DNA of 64,000 bases, taken from assembly GCF_009914755.1 (NCBI RefSeq), contig NC_060925.1; one strand, 5' to 3'. Under the pieces are notes generated by a model. That model saw only the letters and a program-made list of their open reading frames with translations. It was not told the DNA's origin and made no database searches. Positions within the stretch are counted from its first letter, which is position 1. Each line of letters opens with the position of its first letter. Both the position numbers and the translations under genes were made by a program. Positions 1 through 14,978 of the stretch are shown in pieces. Origin of the DNA: the human T2T-CHM13v2.0 reference genome, Homo sapiens.

Positions 1-293
1 CTCACACCTGTAATGCCAGCAATTTAGGAGGCCGAGGCGGGCAGATCACCTGAGGTCAGGAGTTCAAGACCAGCCTGGCCAACATGGTGAAACCCCATCT
101 CTACTAAAAATACAAAAATTAGCCAGATGTGGTTGTATGCGCCTGTAATTCCAGCTACTTGGGAGGCTGAGGCAGGAGAATTGCTTGAACCCAGGAGGCG
201 GAGGTTGCAGGGAGCCGATATTGCATCACTGCGCTCCAGCCTGGGTGACAGAGCGAGACTCCATCTCAAAAAACAAAAACAAAAACAAAACAA
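1..293 (+). mobile_element. Alu SINE (AluS-like), cut by window start
   Basis: Alu dimer with TACTAAAAATACAAAAA linker and A-rich tail. Confidence 0.97.
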
Positions 294-399
294 AGAGGGT
301 GGCCCACCACATCAATTTCACAAGAAGTGAAATAACAATGTAAGATTTATATGTCAGTTTTAACAAGTGATGATACCGTGTAATACATCAGTATAGCAG

Positions 400-822
400 T
401 ACGATAGCCATGTTCATAGCAGCCTTATTCACAATAGCTAAAATGTAGAAGCTACCCAAGTGTCTGCTGACACATGAATGACTAAGCAAAATGTGGTATA
501 TCCATGCAATGGAATAGTATCCAGCCCTAAAAAAAGGAGATTCAGGCACAGGCTATGACCTGGATGAACCCTGAGGACATTATGCCAAGTGAAATAAGCC
601 AGTCACAAAGACAAATATTATATGATTCTGGTGATATGAGATACTTAGTGTAGTGAGATTCATAGACATAGAAAGTAGGATGGTGGTTACCAAGAATTGG
701 GGAAGATGAAAAGAATTCTGCATATGGAAGGTGGTGGTGGTTGCACAATGGTGGGGGCGTACATAATGTCACTGAGCTGCACGCTGAAAAATTATTATGA
801 GAGGTCAATGTTATGTTGTTTT
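400..822 (+). mobile_element. Old L1 (L1M) 3' end fragment
   Basis: ATGTTCATAGCAGC..TTCACAATAGC, TGGATGAACC..CATTATGCCAAGTGAAATAAGCCAGTCACAAA are typical L1 ORF2-end/3'UTR sequence. Confidence 0.85.
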
Positions 823-1958
823 ACTGGGCGCACACACACGGAAAGTAGTATAAGTTGTGTCACAAAATTGTATTTGACGGAAGTGATATCCCTGTGCACT
901 GGTCGCCCAGTGACGGCTCATGAGGGTAATCATGGTAATACGTACAATCTGACCACCAGAGACTCCCAAGCACGTTACAAGCAGTCTCACGTTTGATCCA
1001 CCCTATGAGACAGGCCACTTTACGGGTAAAGAAGCTCAGTGAGGTTAGATGCCTGGAGACGCGGGCCGGGGAGGCTGTGGTCCTGCACTCACTGCACAGC
1101 CCTTCCTGCTCCCCGGCCTCCCTGTGAGGCTCACTGCAGTCCCTTGGAGGGAAAGGGGATGCTATTGAGAATTGGGGCCAGGTGAATGGCTATAGAGGGA
1201 TGCAGGAGTCCCCCCCACCTTTTTCTCTCCTTTCTCTTACTTCCACGGACCTTCTGAGAATAGGGCTGGCCCTGGCAGCCAAGAGCCCCTTAGCTCCTCC
1301 CTCTGCATTTGCCGTGGTACGACGTGTGACACGGGCCAGACCCACGCTGCTCTGTTCTGCAGGACTCAGTGCAAGACGGCTCTTTTATTTGTGCCTGTGG
1401 TCGTTAGAAAAGTTTTACACGGGCAGGGCAGTCGTCATCACTAAGTAAACACATTGAGCCGGCAAATCAATCTTTGTGAGAGCAGCACATTAAATGGTTC
1501 CCTGCATAGTAGTTACTGATACATTACTATAATTACATCGCACATTTTGCAGTAAACTCCAAAAAAATGATTTATTATCTCTTGGGTGCTTGACAGCAAT
1601 ATGCTCAATGGCAGCATAACTTTTCCAAATCTGCCCACACATTTTATGTGTGTGACTCTTTTGGAATTAGACCAAATGGACCCTTTTAAAGATCTGCTGA
1701 GTTAACACCACCTTATATTTATATGGCTGCGTTCTTCAGGCCACACTGTACTGGGTCATTGCCACTATTTTCCCACCTTTCTCTTTACACCCCTTTAAGG
1801 AGTATCATGGCCAGATGTGGCGTGGTGTCTCTTAAATTCACTTAATAGACAAAAGAGAAGGACATCTCTAACAGTAATACAAGAAAAAAAAAGAGAGAGA
1901 AGGACAGAGAGACCAAGAAACTCTTTTTTTACTCCTATTCAGCAACTATGTATGTACT

Positions 1959-2128
1959 TATTTATTTATTTATTTATTTACTGAGACAGAACCTTGCTCT
2001 GTCATCCGGGCTGGAGTGCAGTGGTGCAATCATAGCTCGCTGTAACCTCGAACTCCTGGGCTCAAACGATCCTCTCGCCACAGCCTCCCAAGTAGCTGGG
2101 ACTGCAGGCATGTGCCACCACACCTGGC
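1959..2128 (-). mobile_element. Alu monomer (FLAM/FRAM-like)
   Basis: Single antisense Alu arm preceded by (TTTA)n tail. Confidence 0.85.
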
Positions 2129-3359
2129 CCCTCAGCAACTATTTTTACAGTATCGACTCTGTGTCAGGCGCTGTTCTAGGCTCTGGACGCTTGATGAGTG
2201 TCACCAGTGAGCTTAGGACAGAGCTGACGTCTTCTGCCTATTCTTTGGCTTTACTCCCCATAGGGCTTTTCTGGAGAAGGGCCCTTTGGAGCTTGTGGGA
2301 TTTCAGGGTTTATTGAAATTTATTTACCTTTTTGCAGGTGTCTCATGCTTCCTCGGTTAAGGAATGGGAATTATCATAATGTATACCATGGTGTCTGGCC
2401 ACAGATGAAGTACCACAGTCATCAGATTATGAAGCCTCCAAGCTTCTCTTGCAGAGGACTCCTTCAAACCACTCTCGTGGACTGTGGCTAACTGGGAGTT
2501 TCTCCTGGGGGCCCATTGCTCATTCCTTGCTGTCTCTCCCGGTTGAGACTTCCCACCAGGGTGAAAAGCTAGAACAGTGGCTTTTGTCTTTAGCAAGGCC
2601 ATTAGATGGTACAGTAACTGCTTTCAGATGCTGCTGATGTGGCCCAGATTCAGCATAGTGACCCAGAGGTGAAAGGCTACATATTCCATTACAACCCCTA
2701 GCCAATCTGCCTCCAGACTCTAGTGCATTTCAGTAGAGAAAGGAAGGAGGATAGGGTGACATACACACTAGATAGCAGCTAGAAGTAAGTCTGGGAAAAT
2801 CTAAGAATGGAGCTTCAATTTCTAGAGATGCTTTTGTAAAGTGCATTACTTATGTGCTGTGAACGTGATTATGATGGATTATTCAGGTAAGGTGGAGACG
2901 AGAACACAGAGAATCAGAACAGGGAACTTGGAAGAGGCAAAGTAAACAGGCATGGTTGCCTGTTTATTTTGAGGTTTCGGGTGGCTATTAGCCCTACAAA
3001 TGCCAGCTAAGGGCAAATTTCTGTTGGTTGAGATTCTTTGAGATTCTGTCAATGCAAGATTTTTTAAAAAGCAAGTATAAAAGATGAGAAGATGCAGTTT
3101 TGTGGCAAAGCGTAGAAAGTCACTAAGTCCACACATGATTAAAAATAGTGAAGAGACCATAATTCAAGTCATATGATCTCTTTTATTGTAATCATATTTA
3201 CTCAAAAGCCTCTTCGTTTGTTCCATTTCTAATTGTTTTCTCTTCTTGTGTAGAGTTAAAAGAGTCACGGGCTTTATTGAAGGGTGGAGAAATTTTATTT
3301 TCAGAAATTTTGCCTCAATGTTTATTCCCTGTGAGACACTGACATTTTCTTCTCAAAAC

Positions 3360-3743
<384 letters not shown>

Positions 3744-4402
3744 TTGTAATTACAGGTGCCTTGAAGGCGCCTGGCCTTCAAAACATATTTGTTTAGGGAA
3801 AAGTAGTGTCAGATCTATGAAGGTCATACTGGAAGTTGCTAATAAGTAGAATGCCATATTTCATGGAAGGAGACCAGAGTTCAGGAAGCATCCTTCCCAC
3901 AGGGTCTATCATGGGATTTAGTTCCTTCTTTTTCTGCATCCCAGATGTTCCTGGAGGTGCATACTTGCTGGTAAGCCTGGAGTTGGAGGGATGAAAGCTA
4001 CCAAAGGCCCTGATGGGTGTTATATAAGATGCCACGTGTGAGCCACTCCCCACAAGACGCCAACAAGCAGGGAACCTAGTTCAGCACTTTCATACCCAGT
4101 CTAAAGGCTTCTAGGAAACTGTGGGTCAGCTGGCCCACTCCTATTAACCATGCCTTCATCTGTAGTGGAAGGAACATGGCTCACAGGATGGGCTAGCAGG
4201 CGATGGGGCCTTTGACTTTCAGATTAGTCTTCCTGCGACTTTTAACGGTCATGTTTACTTTTGAATATAACCTGGGATGAAGCATTTATCAGCCTCTGGT
4301 ACTTTTGTGAATTGGTAGTTTACAGCGGGCTTACTGGTAGCCTTGGCCAGCTCTTTGCCATAAAATCTTTAAGCATAGACACACAGGGGTATGGCCATTC
4401 CC

Positions 4403-4730
4403 TTTATTTTTAATTAATTAAGTAGTTTCTAGAGGGAGGGTTTCGTTCTGTCGCCTCGACTGGAGTGCAGCAGCATGATCCTAGCTCACTGCAGCCTCAA
4501 CTCTCTGGCTCAAGCGATCTGCTTGCCTCAGCCTCCTGAGTAGCTGGGACTACAGGTGTGTGCCATCATGCCTAGCTATTTTTTAAATTGCTTGTAAAGA
4601 TGGGGTCTTATTGTGTTGCCCAGGCTGGCCTCAGATGCCTGGCCTCACGCCTCCTGCCTTGGCCTCTCAAAGTGCTGGGATTATAGGTATGAGTCACTAC
4701 ATCTGGCCCATGAGTCACTGCACCTGTCCC
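4403..4730 (-). mobile_element. Alu SINE (AluJ-like)
   Basis: Diverged antisense Alu dimer; its 5' terminus is tandemly duplicated (21 bp). Confidence 0.92.
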
Positions 4731-5899
4731 ATTCTCCCTGCCTTTATTGATTCCTACTTCCGCCTAGGATAACACTATCTCTTAAAAGAGTGTTGCCAAG
4801 AAACCCCATTTTTTTACATTCTATATTGTATTTTAAAGAGGAAACCCTATTTAGAGATATTTTTGTGGGAATGGTTTTGGAGTTTCAAACTTCTGAAGAA
4901 CCTGGACTATGTTGGGGGCATTTACGGTGGCAGTGCACACGGCTCACACTGACGAATGGCTCGGCTGAGCAAGCCAGTGAAGCAGAGGGCAGGAGAGGTG
5001 ACTTCCTGGCATCCTGGATCTCTGCAAATGAAGTTGCTGTAGCGCCATTATTTACCTCACTGTATGTGAAATGAAGGGGTAGGATTCATTGCCTTTTGGT
5101 TTTGATTTTACTTGTCCTTAGGGGTGTGTGTGTGTGTGTGTGTATCTTTCCCCCTGGCCTTCTGGTGACGGATAATGGTGATGGCAGTTTAGGCCTGTTT
5201 CTGATTAGTAAAATGACCCTTCAAATGAGACTAGGAGAAAAATGCTCTCCTGAACCTCTGGAACCCTGGTTTTTCCTATCACAAGTTTAATGGCTTCAGG
5301 CCCTATGTTTTTAGCCGAGAAAATGAAAGACTCAGTCAGCGGGGATTAGGGTTTTTTGTTTAGAGAGAAGGTAAAAAGGTTACATGAAGATTTGGTGTGG
5401 GTTTAGACTGGGGTTAGCCTCCACGTAGGAAAGGTCTGAAGATCGAGAATGAGGCCAGGTTGTGCAGGTGAGCAGAGCTATCTTTGGCAGCTAGATTGGG
5501 ATGTTTCTGGGCAGAGATATTTGTCCCTTAGGAGTGTATCAAATCACAGAGGTCACATCTGACTGTCACTGCTTTGTTACAGGAGAAAGACCTGTTCATC
5601 AGAATAATTCCTACGCTTTGAGCCACTTATTCAAGTGATGCTAGTCACGTTCAGAAAACAGATAACCTACCATGTGTTTGTGCTGTGCTAGGAGTTCTAG
5701 AGCTTTCAAGCACAACCGTATATCCGAGGTTGACTTTGGAGCTGTCATCGTGGGTTTGGGGCTGTATTTTAAAATAAGAGGAGTGGTGTCTTTTGGGCTT
5801 TGCTTTTTTTTCAAATGCTTTTTTCTGAGTCCCTTCAGTGATCCATTCTTGAGCTGTCTCTTCAGTCGTCAGTCTCTTGGTAGTCTTTATTCTAAGTTT

Positions 5900-6072
5900 T
5901 TTTCCTTTTTAATTGTAGTAAAATATGTATAGCATAAAATTTCCCATGTTATTCCTTTTTAAGCGTATGGTTCAGTGGCTTTAAGTACCTTCATATCATT
6001 GCACGGCCATCGCCACCATCCACCCACTTCCATCATCTCAAACCAAAACTCCAAATGCATTAAGCAATAACT
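5900..6072 (-). mobile_element. Old L1 3' end fragment
   Basis: TTTTAATTGTAGTAAAATAT..CATAAAAT..TTCAGTGGC.TTAAGTAC.TTCA matches antisense L1M 3' terminus. Confidence 0.75.
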
Positions 6073-6093
6073 TTTGTTATTAAAGTGTTTAAT

Positions 6094-6588
6094 AATCACT
6101 TTGGTGCTGTTTAACCTCTTTACCCTGATTTCCTCCCCCTTTCTGGCTCCTTTTCTAGTAGTTTCTACTAATAGATCACCTGAGTAAGACTGCCCGTGTC
6201 AAGCCTGGTGTCACCTTAGGTTTTGGGGATAAAGGCTGGTGGTACCGCCTGCGACGTGGGCTTGCCACATGCAGTATCTGAGTGGAGGGCATGTGGGGCC
6301 GGCTCTACAACCATCCGAGCAGACGGGGGCTCTGTCCCTTACTCCTCAGGCACCTGACGTTGGACTTGCCTCTGGGTAAATAATTCTTATCAAGCATTTA
6401 CTTGGAACAATTCTTAACCATGTTTTTTTTTTAAAATAATTACTGACATTTGTACTTTAAGCTGTATACAAATGTTCATATTTGACAGATATTCTAAGCA
6501 TTAGAGATATTTAATGAAAACTTGTAAATAGGCAAAACGACATTTAAAAAGACTGCCCCTGTCTTTGTGAAAGCAGCAAATAGTTCTC
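6094..6588 (+). repeat. Copy A of a ~135-bp dispersed duplication (partner 8612-8746), interrupted by a 348-bp insertion at 6201-6548
   Basis: 6094-6200 plus 6564-6588 align collinearly to 8612-8746; insert flanked by AAGACTGCCC(G/C)TGTC. Confidence 0.88.
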
Positions 6589-6689
6589 TTGGCTCCCATT
6601 TCCCCCTCTCCACTCTAAAATATTTTTAAATAAAATAGCGTTTGAAATTCTCCAGAGAATGCTTTAAAGAGAAAGATCCACGTGACCTC

Positions 6690-7340
6690 ATTAAGTCATT
6701 CATTCACGTATTCATTTATCACACATTTATCAGGCTCCCAATATGTGCCACTTTCTCTGTGTTAAATACTATGGATTCAAAAACAAAGGAGGCCGGGCGC
6801 AGTGGCTCATGCCTGTAATCCTAGTTCTTTGGGAGGCTGAGGCGCGTGGATCACCTGAGGTCAGGAGTTTGAGACCATCCTGGCCAACATGGCGAAACCC
6901 TGTCTCTATTAAAAATACAAAAATTAGCCGGGCGTGGTGGTGCGCGCCTGTAGTCCCAGCTACTCGGGAGGCTGAGGCAGGAGAATCACTTGAACCCCAG
7001 GAGGTGGAGGTTGCAGTGAGCCGAGATCACGCCACTGCACTCCAGCCTGGGCGACAGAGCGAGACTCCGACTCAAAAACAAAACAAAAAACAAAGGAGAC
7101 CCCAACATTGGTCGTGAGAAGTTTACCAACCAGGAGGGGAGATAAGTGTGTAAACAAGCAAACAAGTGTCATAAAGGCTGTGGCACAAGAGTGGGTGGGT
7201 AGAATTCGGGTAATCCAGGAGGTGTCAGAAAGACCAGGGGTGGACCTTTCATCTGAGCCACGAGGACAAGCAGGTGTTTGCTTTGGAGACAGAGGGTGGA
7301 CAGGATGTTCTGGAGAGCTGCAGTTGCGGGGCAGAGGCAG
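6690..7340. mobile_element. L2 remnant interrupted by Alu
   Basis: CATTCATTCA..CATTTAT..GGCTCC.ATATGTGCCA L2 3'-end motif; degenerate L2-like sequence resumes after the Alu. Confidence 0.6.
6791..7093 (+). mobile_element. Alu SINE (AluS-like)
   Basis: Full dimer with TSD AAAAACAAAGGA. Confidence 0.97.
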
Positions 7341-7742
7341 TGAGGCATGAAGCACCTGGCGCATGGCCTGTGCGGGCCTGGGTGGTGAGGGCAAAGACAG
7401 TGAGCAGAGGAGGCAGCGCCTGGGGGGCCTGGCCAGGGACCCCACCCCCTGCATCCTGATGAAGAACTGTAAGAGGACCATGTCTGTGTGCCTGGATAAT
7501 CGCTGGCAGCAGCAAGGGAATTTCGAAGCAAGATCTCAGCTGGAGACAGGCAAGAGGCTGTCGCCATGCTTTTAAAGAAGTATCAGAGATATTTTGCTTT
7601 TGAAACATTTGGCTTCACTGGAACTTTCGTCTTCCTATGAAATATTGGAGGATGTCAGATCCTCCCCCATTTCTAAGAGTAGGAGAGACTCATGTATCTT
7701 TCTCTTTGGGGTAAACATTCAGCTTCAGATCCTGCAGGTAGC

Positions 7743-7765
7743 AGAGAGAGAGAGAGAGAGAGAGA
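7743..7765. repeat. (AG)n microsatellite
   Basis: Direct read. Confidence 0.9.
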
Positions 7766-7767
7766 GG

Positions 7768-7992
7768 AGTGGTTAAGAGTGTGGCCATTGGAGTCCAGGG
7801 AGTCTGCGTTCTAATTCTGGCTCTCCTCTTAAATAGTCCTGCAGCTTGGGCAACTTACTCAACTGTGTCCTTCCTCAACTTCCACATCTGTAAAATGGGG
7901 AGAACACCTTCCTTTCAGGGTTATAGGCAAATGAGGTAATAATCTCTTTTAAAATACTTAGCCCAAGTAAATGCTCAGTAGGTGCTAGCTAT
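7768..7992 (+). mobile_element. MIR SINE
   Basis: GTGGTTAAGAG..TTGGGCAA.TTAC..CCTCAA.TTCC.CATCTGTAAAATGGG MIR core. Confidence 0.8.
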
Positions 7993-8280
7993 CATCTCCA
8001 GTTTCTATTTCCTGAACTGTGACCTTGACTAAATGTGGCCCAGTCCTTTAAGAGAGGGGATTTGTGGTCACTTTAAAAAAATCTTCAGCTGTGCTCATGT
8101 GGTCCGGAGTACTGTGTTAGTTTTCCTGCCTGTGGCTCATGGGCCAGTGGTCACCATGGAAATGGTGGTGGTGGGGGTAGGGGTGGGGGAAGAGAAGGAA
8201 GCCGAGCTACAGAGACATTCATACACTTGTTCGTGACCACAGCAGGATTTGGGGTCCTTCTAGAGTCACTGCTGCAGGAT

Positions 8281-8372
8281 TCTTTTTGTTTTTTTCTTTT
8301 TTAGAGGTGGGGCCTTGCTCTGTCACCCTGGCTAGAGTGCTGTGAAACGATCACAGTCCACTGTAACCTTGA
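8281..8372 (-). mobile_element. Short Alu 3' fragment
   Basis: T-tail followed by CTTGCTCTGTCACCC.GGCTAGAGTGC. Confidence 0.65.
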
Positions 8373-8611
8373 ACACCAACTGCAGGATTCCTATTCTCTT
8401 TTGTGGGCAAGATAGGGTGGGGGACATTGTGCACCCCCTTCTTCTCTGTCCCAGTCTGTGACAGACCCTGTCAGACATTGAGAGGCCTGAGAGCTGCAAC
8501 AGTGGTTGTGCCAGAGAGGAATTTGCCAAAGCTCTCAGCGACCTTTCTGCATTAAAGTTTCGTGCCATTATCTCTTTCACATACAAATTCAAGCCCTTTT
8601 TTTTCCCTTGA

Positions 8612-8746
8612 AATCACTTTTGTGCTGTTTAACCTCTTTACCCCGATTTCCCCCCCTTCTTTCTTGCTCCCTTTCTAGTAGTTTCCAGCTAATGGATCAC
8701 CTGGATAAGATTGCCCCTGTCTTTGTGAGAGCAGCAATTAGCTCTC
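8612..8746 (+). repeat. Copy B of the ~135-bp duplication (uninterrupted, empty-site copy)
   Basis: Aligns to 6094-6200/6564-6588 with a single AAGATTGCCCCTGTC. Confidence 0.88.
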
Positions 8747-9409
8747 ACCCTGAGAAGGCGGCGTGTTCTGTTGCTTGGCAGCCTTGGTGTAGAGGATGGA
8801 TTGGGTCTGCGTCTTTTCATTTGAAAGTAGGTTATCGATTAGCACGGATGCCAATTTACTACAGAGGCTGTTGCCAATGCCTCTTGATCTCATTATGGTG
8901 TAAATTTTCAAGATTGTATCACATTAGCTCAGGAGAATTCAGGAGAGAAAAACGTAGTAAAGTTAAAAAAAAAAAAGCCAAAAAAAAAATTCTTCCATTA
9001 TATTATAGCCCAGGCAAAAATAAACATGGCTACAGCTGGCCATGTTCGGAAAGGACCTGCGGTGTGTGTGTGGCTGGGTTGGTTATGAGCTGTAGGAAAA
9101 CCTAGCGACAGGTTTCAAAGTACTTCATGTTTTTGGTTTATTCCTTCGATTTCTTTTAGGACTGATTTTCTTGGGAAATGGTGATTTTTAGGGAAACTGC
9201 AGACTGTTGGGTCTATTTTTTTATGACAAGAGCCCTCTAGTCTCAGCTTTGTGAGGCAGAAAAAGGAGGCAGGGACAGTGAGATGGCAGAGGAGGAGATG
9301 CTGGCGACCGTGCTAATGCTAGCTAATGCTAATTTTGAGGACCAGATAGTTTGGGTGCAGGCCTAACTGTTGTTCAGTTAGGAATCTGAGATCATTCCCT
9401 TCCAAAAAG

Positions 9410-10910
<1,501 letters not shown>

Positions 10911-11498
10911 ATCACTCATTTTTCTTGCATAAAGAAATTTTCCAGACTCATTCAGGTTTCAAGAAAATAGACTTAGAATGACCACTGTGGATTTTCTTTT
11001 CTGTCCTTCATTTTCTAACAAAGCATATGTAGTGGCCGTCACATGCTGGGTAGAATCAAGATTGCAAAGACTGACGTAAGAATTTGGCACATGAGCAAGC
11101 TGGAGTTGGAGATCCTGCCAGAATCTCTAACACATCTTCTGAGGGTGGGAGAACTGTCACAGAAGCAACCTGCAGGTGTGAGATGGACTCCAGGGCCTTG
11201 GCACTCATCAGAAGAAAGCTTGACCTCCTCACCTGCATGGGGTTGGGGAACAAAGCAAATTAAGCATCAGAGAAAGACCTGGCGGTATGACACGATTAAG
11301 CCATAATGGCACCAGGGCACAGCTGCCAAGCAGGTTGTCAGAAGGGCAGACAGAGTGATGGAGTTTTTTGTTGGGGTACTGTCATATAGTTATTTGATGA
11401 AGCCATCTCTCTGTTTTTGACTACATTCTTGCTTTCATTGGATTTTTTCCTACATCTTGACCCCTAACCTCCTGCAACAGGTATGGGTGGGAGTTGTT

Positions 11499-11499
<1 letters not shown>

Positions 11500-11541
<42 letters not shown>
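11500..11541. repeat. Poly(T) run of ~42 nt
   Basis: Direct read. Confidence 0.95.
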
Positions 11542-11542
<1 letters not shown>

Positions 11543-12482
11543 AGCTTTCTTAAGTATACCTGTGGTTTTCCTCCAAGTCCCCCAAGGATCAGTTATAGCT
11601 CTGGGAAAGTGGGGGGAAGTGAGATGCTAGACTTATTTTTACCAAAATCCAAGACTAGTGACACAAGGTAGAAGTCACTGGATGGAATGAACTTGTAGGA
11701 TATTCCCTTTTGGGGCACTAATCACAAAGGCAAATTGAATGGTAGAGTGTCAAGGTGAACTTTAATACTTTGTAACATGAGCTCCAGGCCAGGTCTTAAA
11801 ACATCTTGGACATATTGCAAGAAATAGCTCAGCCCTATAGCACATTGAATGAGAATGGAGAGTGGATCCTGGGTTGGCTTTAGACTCTGGCCTTGGCGTT
11901 TGTGTGTACACATGTGCGTCGTCATCTGTGCACACAGGTACACAAATGTGTCTTTATAATCTCTGGGGAAGCAGGTTCACTTTTAATGTTCTTTCATCTG
12001 CTATTTGATTTTAAAATCTTGGGGGAAAGTATTGAAAATCAAATGTACTCATCTGTCCTGTGTAAAAATAGGAGTCAAAATTTTAAAATCTGAATTTATG
12101 CAACAAATTAAATATGGAGTGTTACTTCTCATCACAAAATAATCTAGCCATTGTTACCTTCAAGAGAGCAGTTTCTCATTGATGCAATTAAAATGAACTT
12201 CTCAGGGATTCTTTTACTATAAACGGAGGTGCACCCAAACCTTATATCTCTGAGAAAACAGTGGCTGTGTAATGAGTGGTGAATTGTTTTTGGCGAGTGT
12301 GGCTGCCAGGTTGCTTCCTCCTAAATCTGAGATGGTAGACAGAGGTTTATTATTGCTGTAGCAGATAGAGAGCGTCTTGCTTGCACTGCAGAAGTCTGCC
12401 CAGAGCACTTAATTAGACATTTCTGTGGCTATCTGCAGCCCAGTACAATGGGAGATCAGGGGATTCCAGATTGGAATCCTAG

Positions 12483-12956
<474 letters not shown>

Positions 12957-13174
12957 TAAGTGGATCTAAACATGCTTTCTGAGGCTGTCATTACCCCGAA
13001 AGTCAGCTTTGTGTCAATCAACAAACACTGTGGTCTGTCTTTTCTCTCAGCAAAGTCTGAAGGAGTGGGACACTCCAACTGTGTGTCACAGGAATGAGCT
13101 GTCATCTGGCAATTTACAGACCAGCTTCAAGGATTCCATTTACCACCAGTTTATTCACTTGTATTTCTAATATT

Positions 13175-13791
<617 letters not shown>

Positions 13792-14033
13792 CTTTCGCAA
13801 AGAATGGACCCTGCTTCCGTAACCTTGGGTTAAATGTTGTCTGCGAGCACCTTACTGAGTTTCTTCATTTTTTGCTTTATTTGGGTGCAGCTAAACCAGC
13901 TAAACAGCCTTAATAAGTTACTCCCTGGGATACAATAAGCTCCCTGCATCTGTGAGGTGAAAGGCAGCCCAGTGAATTCTGTCGACAGTAGCTGTTCTGA
14001 GAAAGTGAGCTTGAAAGGGGGTGTAGGAGTCAA

Positions 14034-14054
14034 AGGTGAGAGGTCATGACGTCA
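14034..14054 (+). promoter_or_regulatory. Candidate composite element: DR1 (AGGTGA G AGGTCA) abutting a full CRE (TGACGTCA)
   Basis: Motif match only. Confidence 0.35.
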
Positions 14055-14312
14055 GTAGTCCAAACACCTGGAGGTTTTAGTCTAACTTCCTTTCTTGTTA
14101 CTTAGCCAGGCAGTAAGTTATGTATCTCTAACTTGGCCTTCTGTAAAGTGGGAATCTTAGTACTTGCCCTGCTTATCTTTCAGACAGAATCAAATGAAAT
14201 AGCAGAAGTGTTTTGTCAATTAAAGTGACATCAGATGCAAAGAGTATTATTATATCATCATCATCATCATCACCAAAGGAACTATGGTAATGTTGGATAA
14301 AAAGCCAAATAC

Positions 14313-14626
<314 letters not shown>

Positions 14627-14679
14627 AAGCCAGGTACTTTTCTAAGTAATTTAATTCTCTAGAAGAAAAGATGATAAGA

Positions 14680-14978
14680 TCTTTGCCTGGAACTGGAGGC
14701 CATTATCTTAAGTGGAACAAGTCAGACACAAAAAGACAAATACTGCGTGTTCTCACTTATAAGTGGGAGCTAAATAATGTGTACACATGGACAATAGAGA
14801 AAGACAGACAGTGGAGATTGCAAAGATGGGGCAGGTTGATGAGGAATGAGAAATTACTGAATGGACACCATGTAGTTTATTCCAGTGATGGATGCATTCA
14901 AAGCTCAGACTTCACCAATATGGAATATGTCCATGTAACAAAATTACACTTGGACCCCATACATTTATACAAAAAAAG
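14680..14978 (+). mobile_element. L1MA-like 3' end
   Basis: TGGAACTGGAGGCCATTATCTTAAGTG..TGTTCTCACTTATAAGTGGGAGCTAAA; ends in an A run. Confidence 0.88.

Noticed and set aside
8506-9105. Longest ORF in the window (199 aa)
   Set aside because: Non-ATG start, runs through A-tracts and the duplicated non-coding unit, no domain similarity
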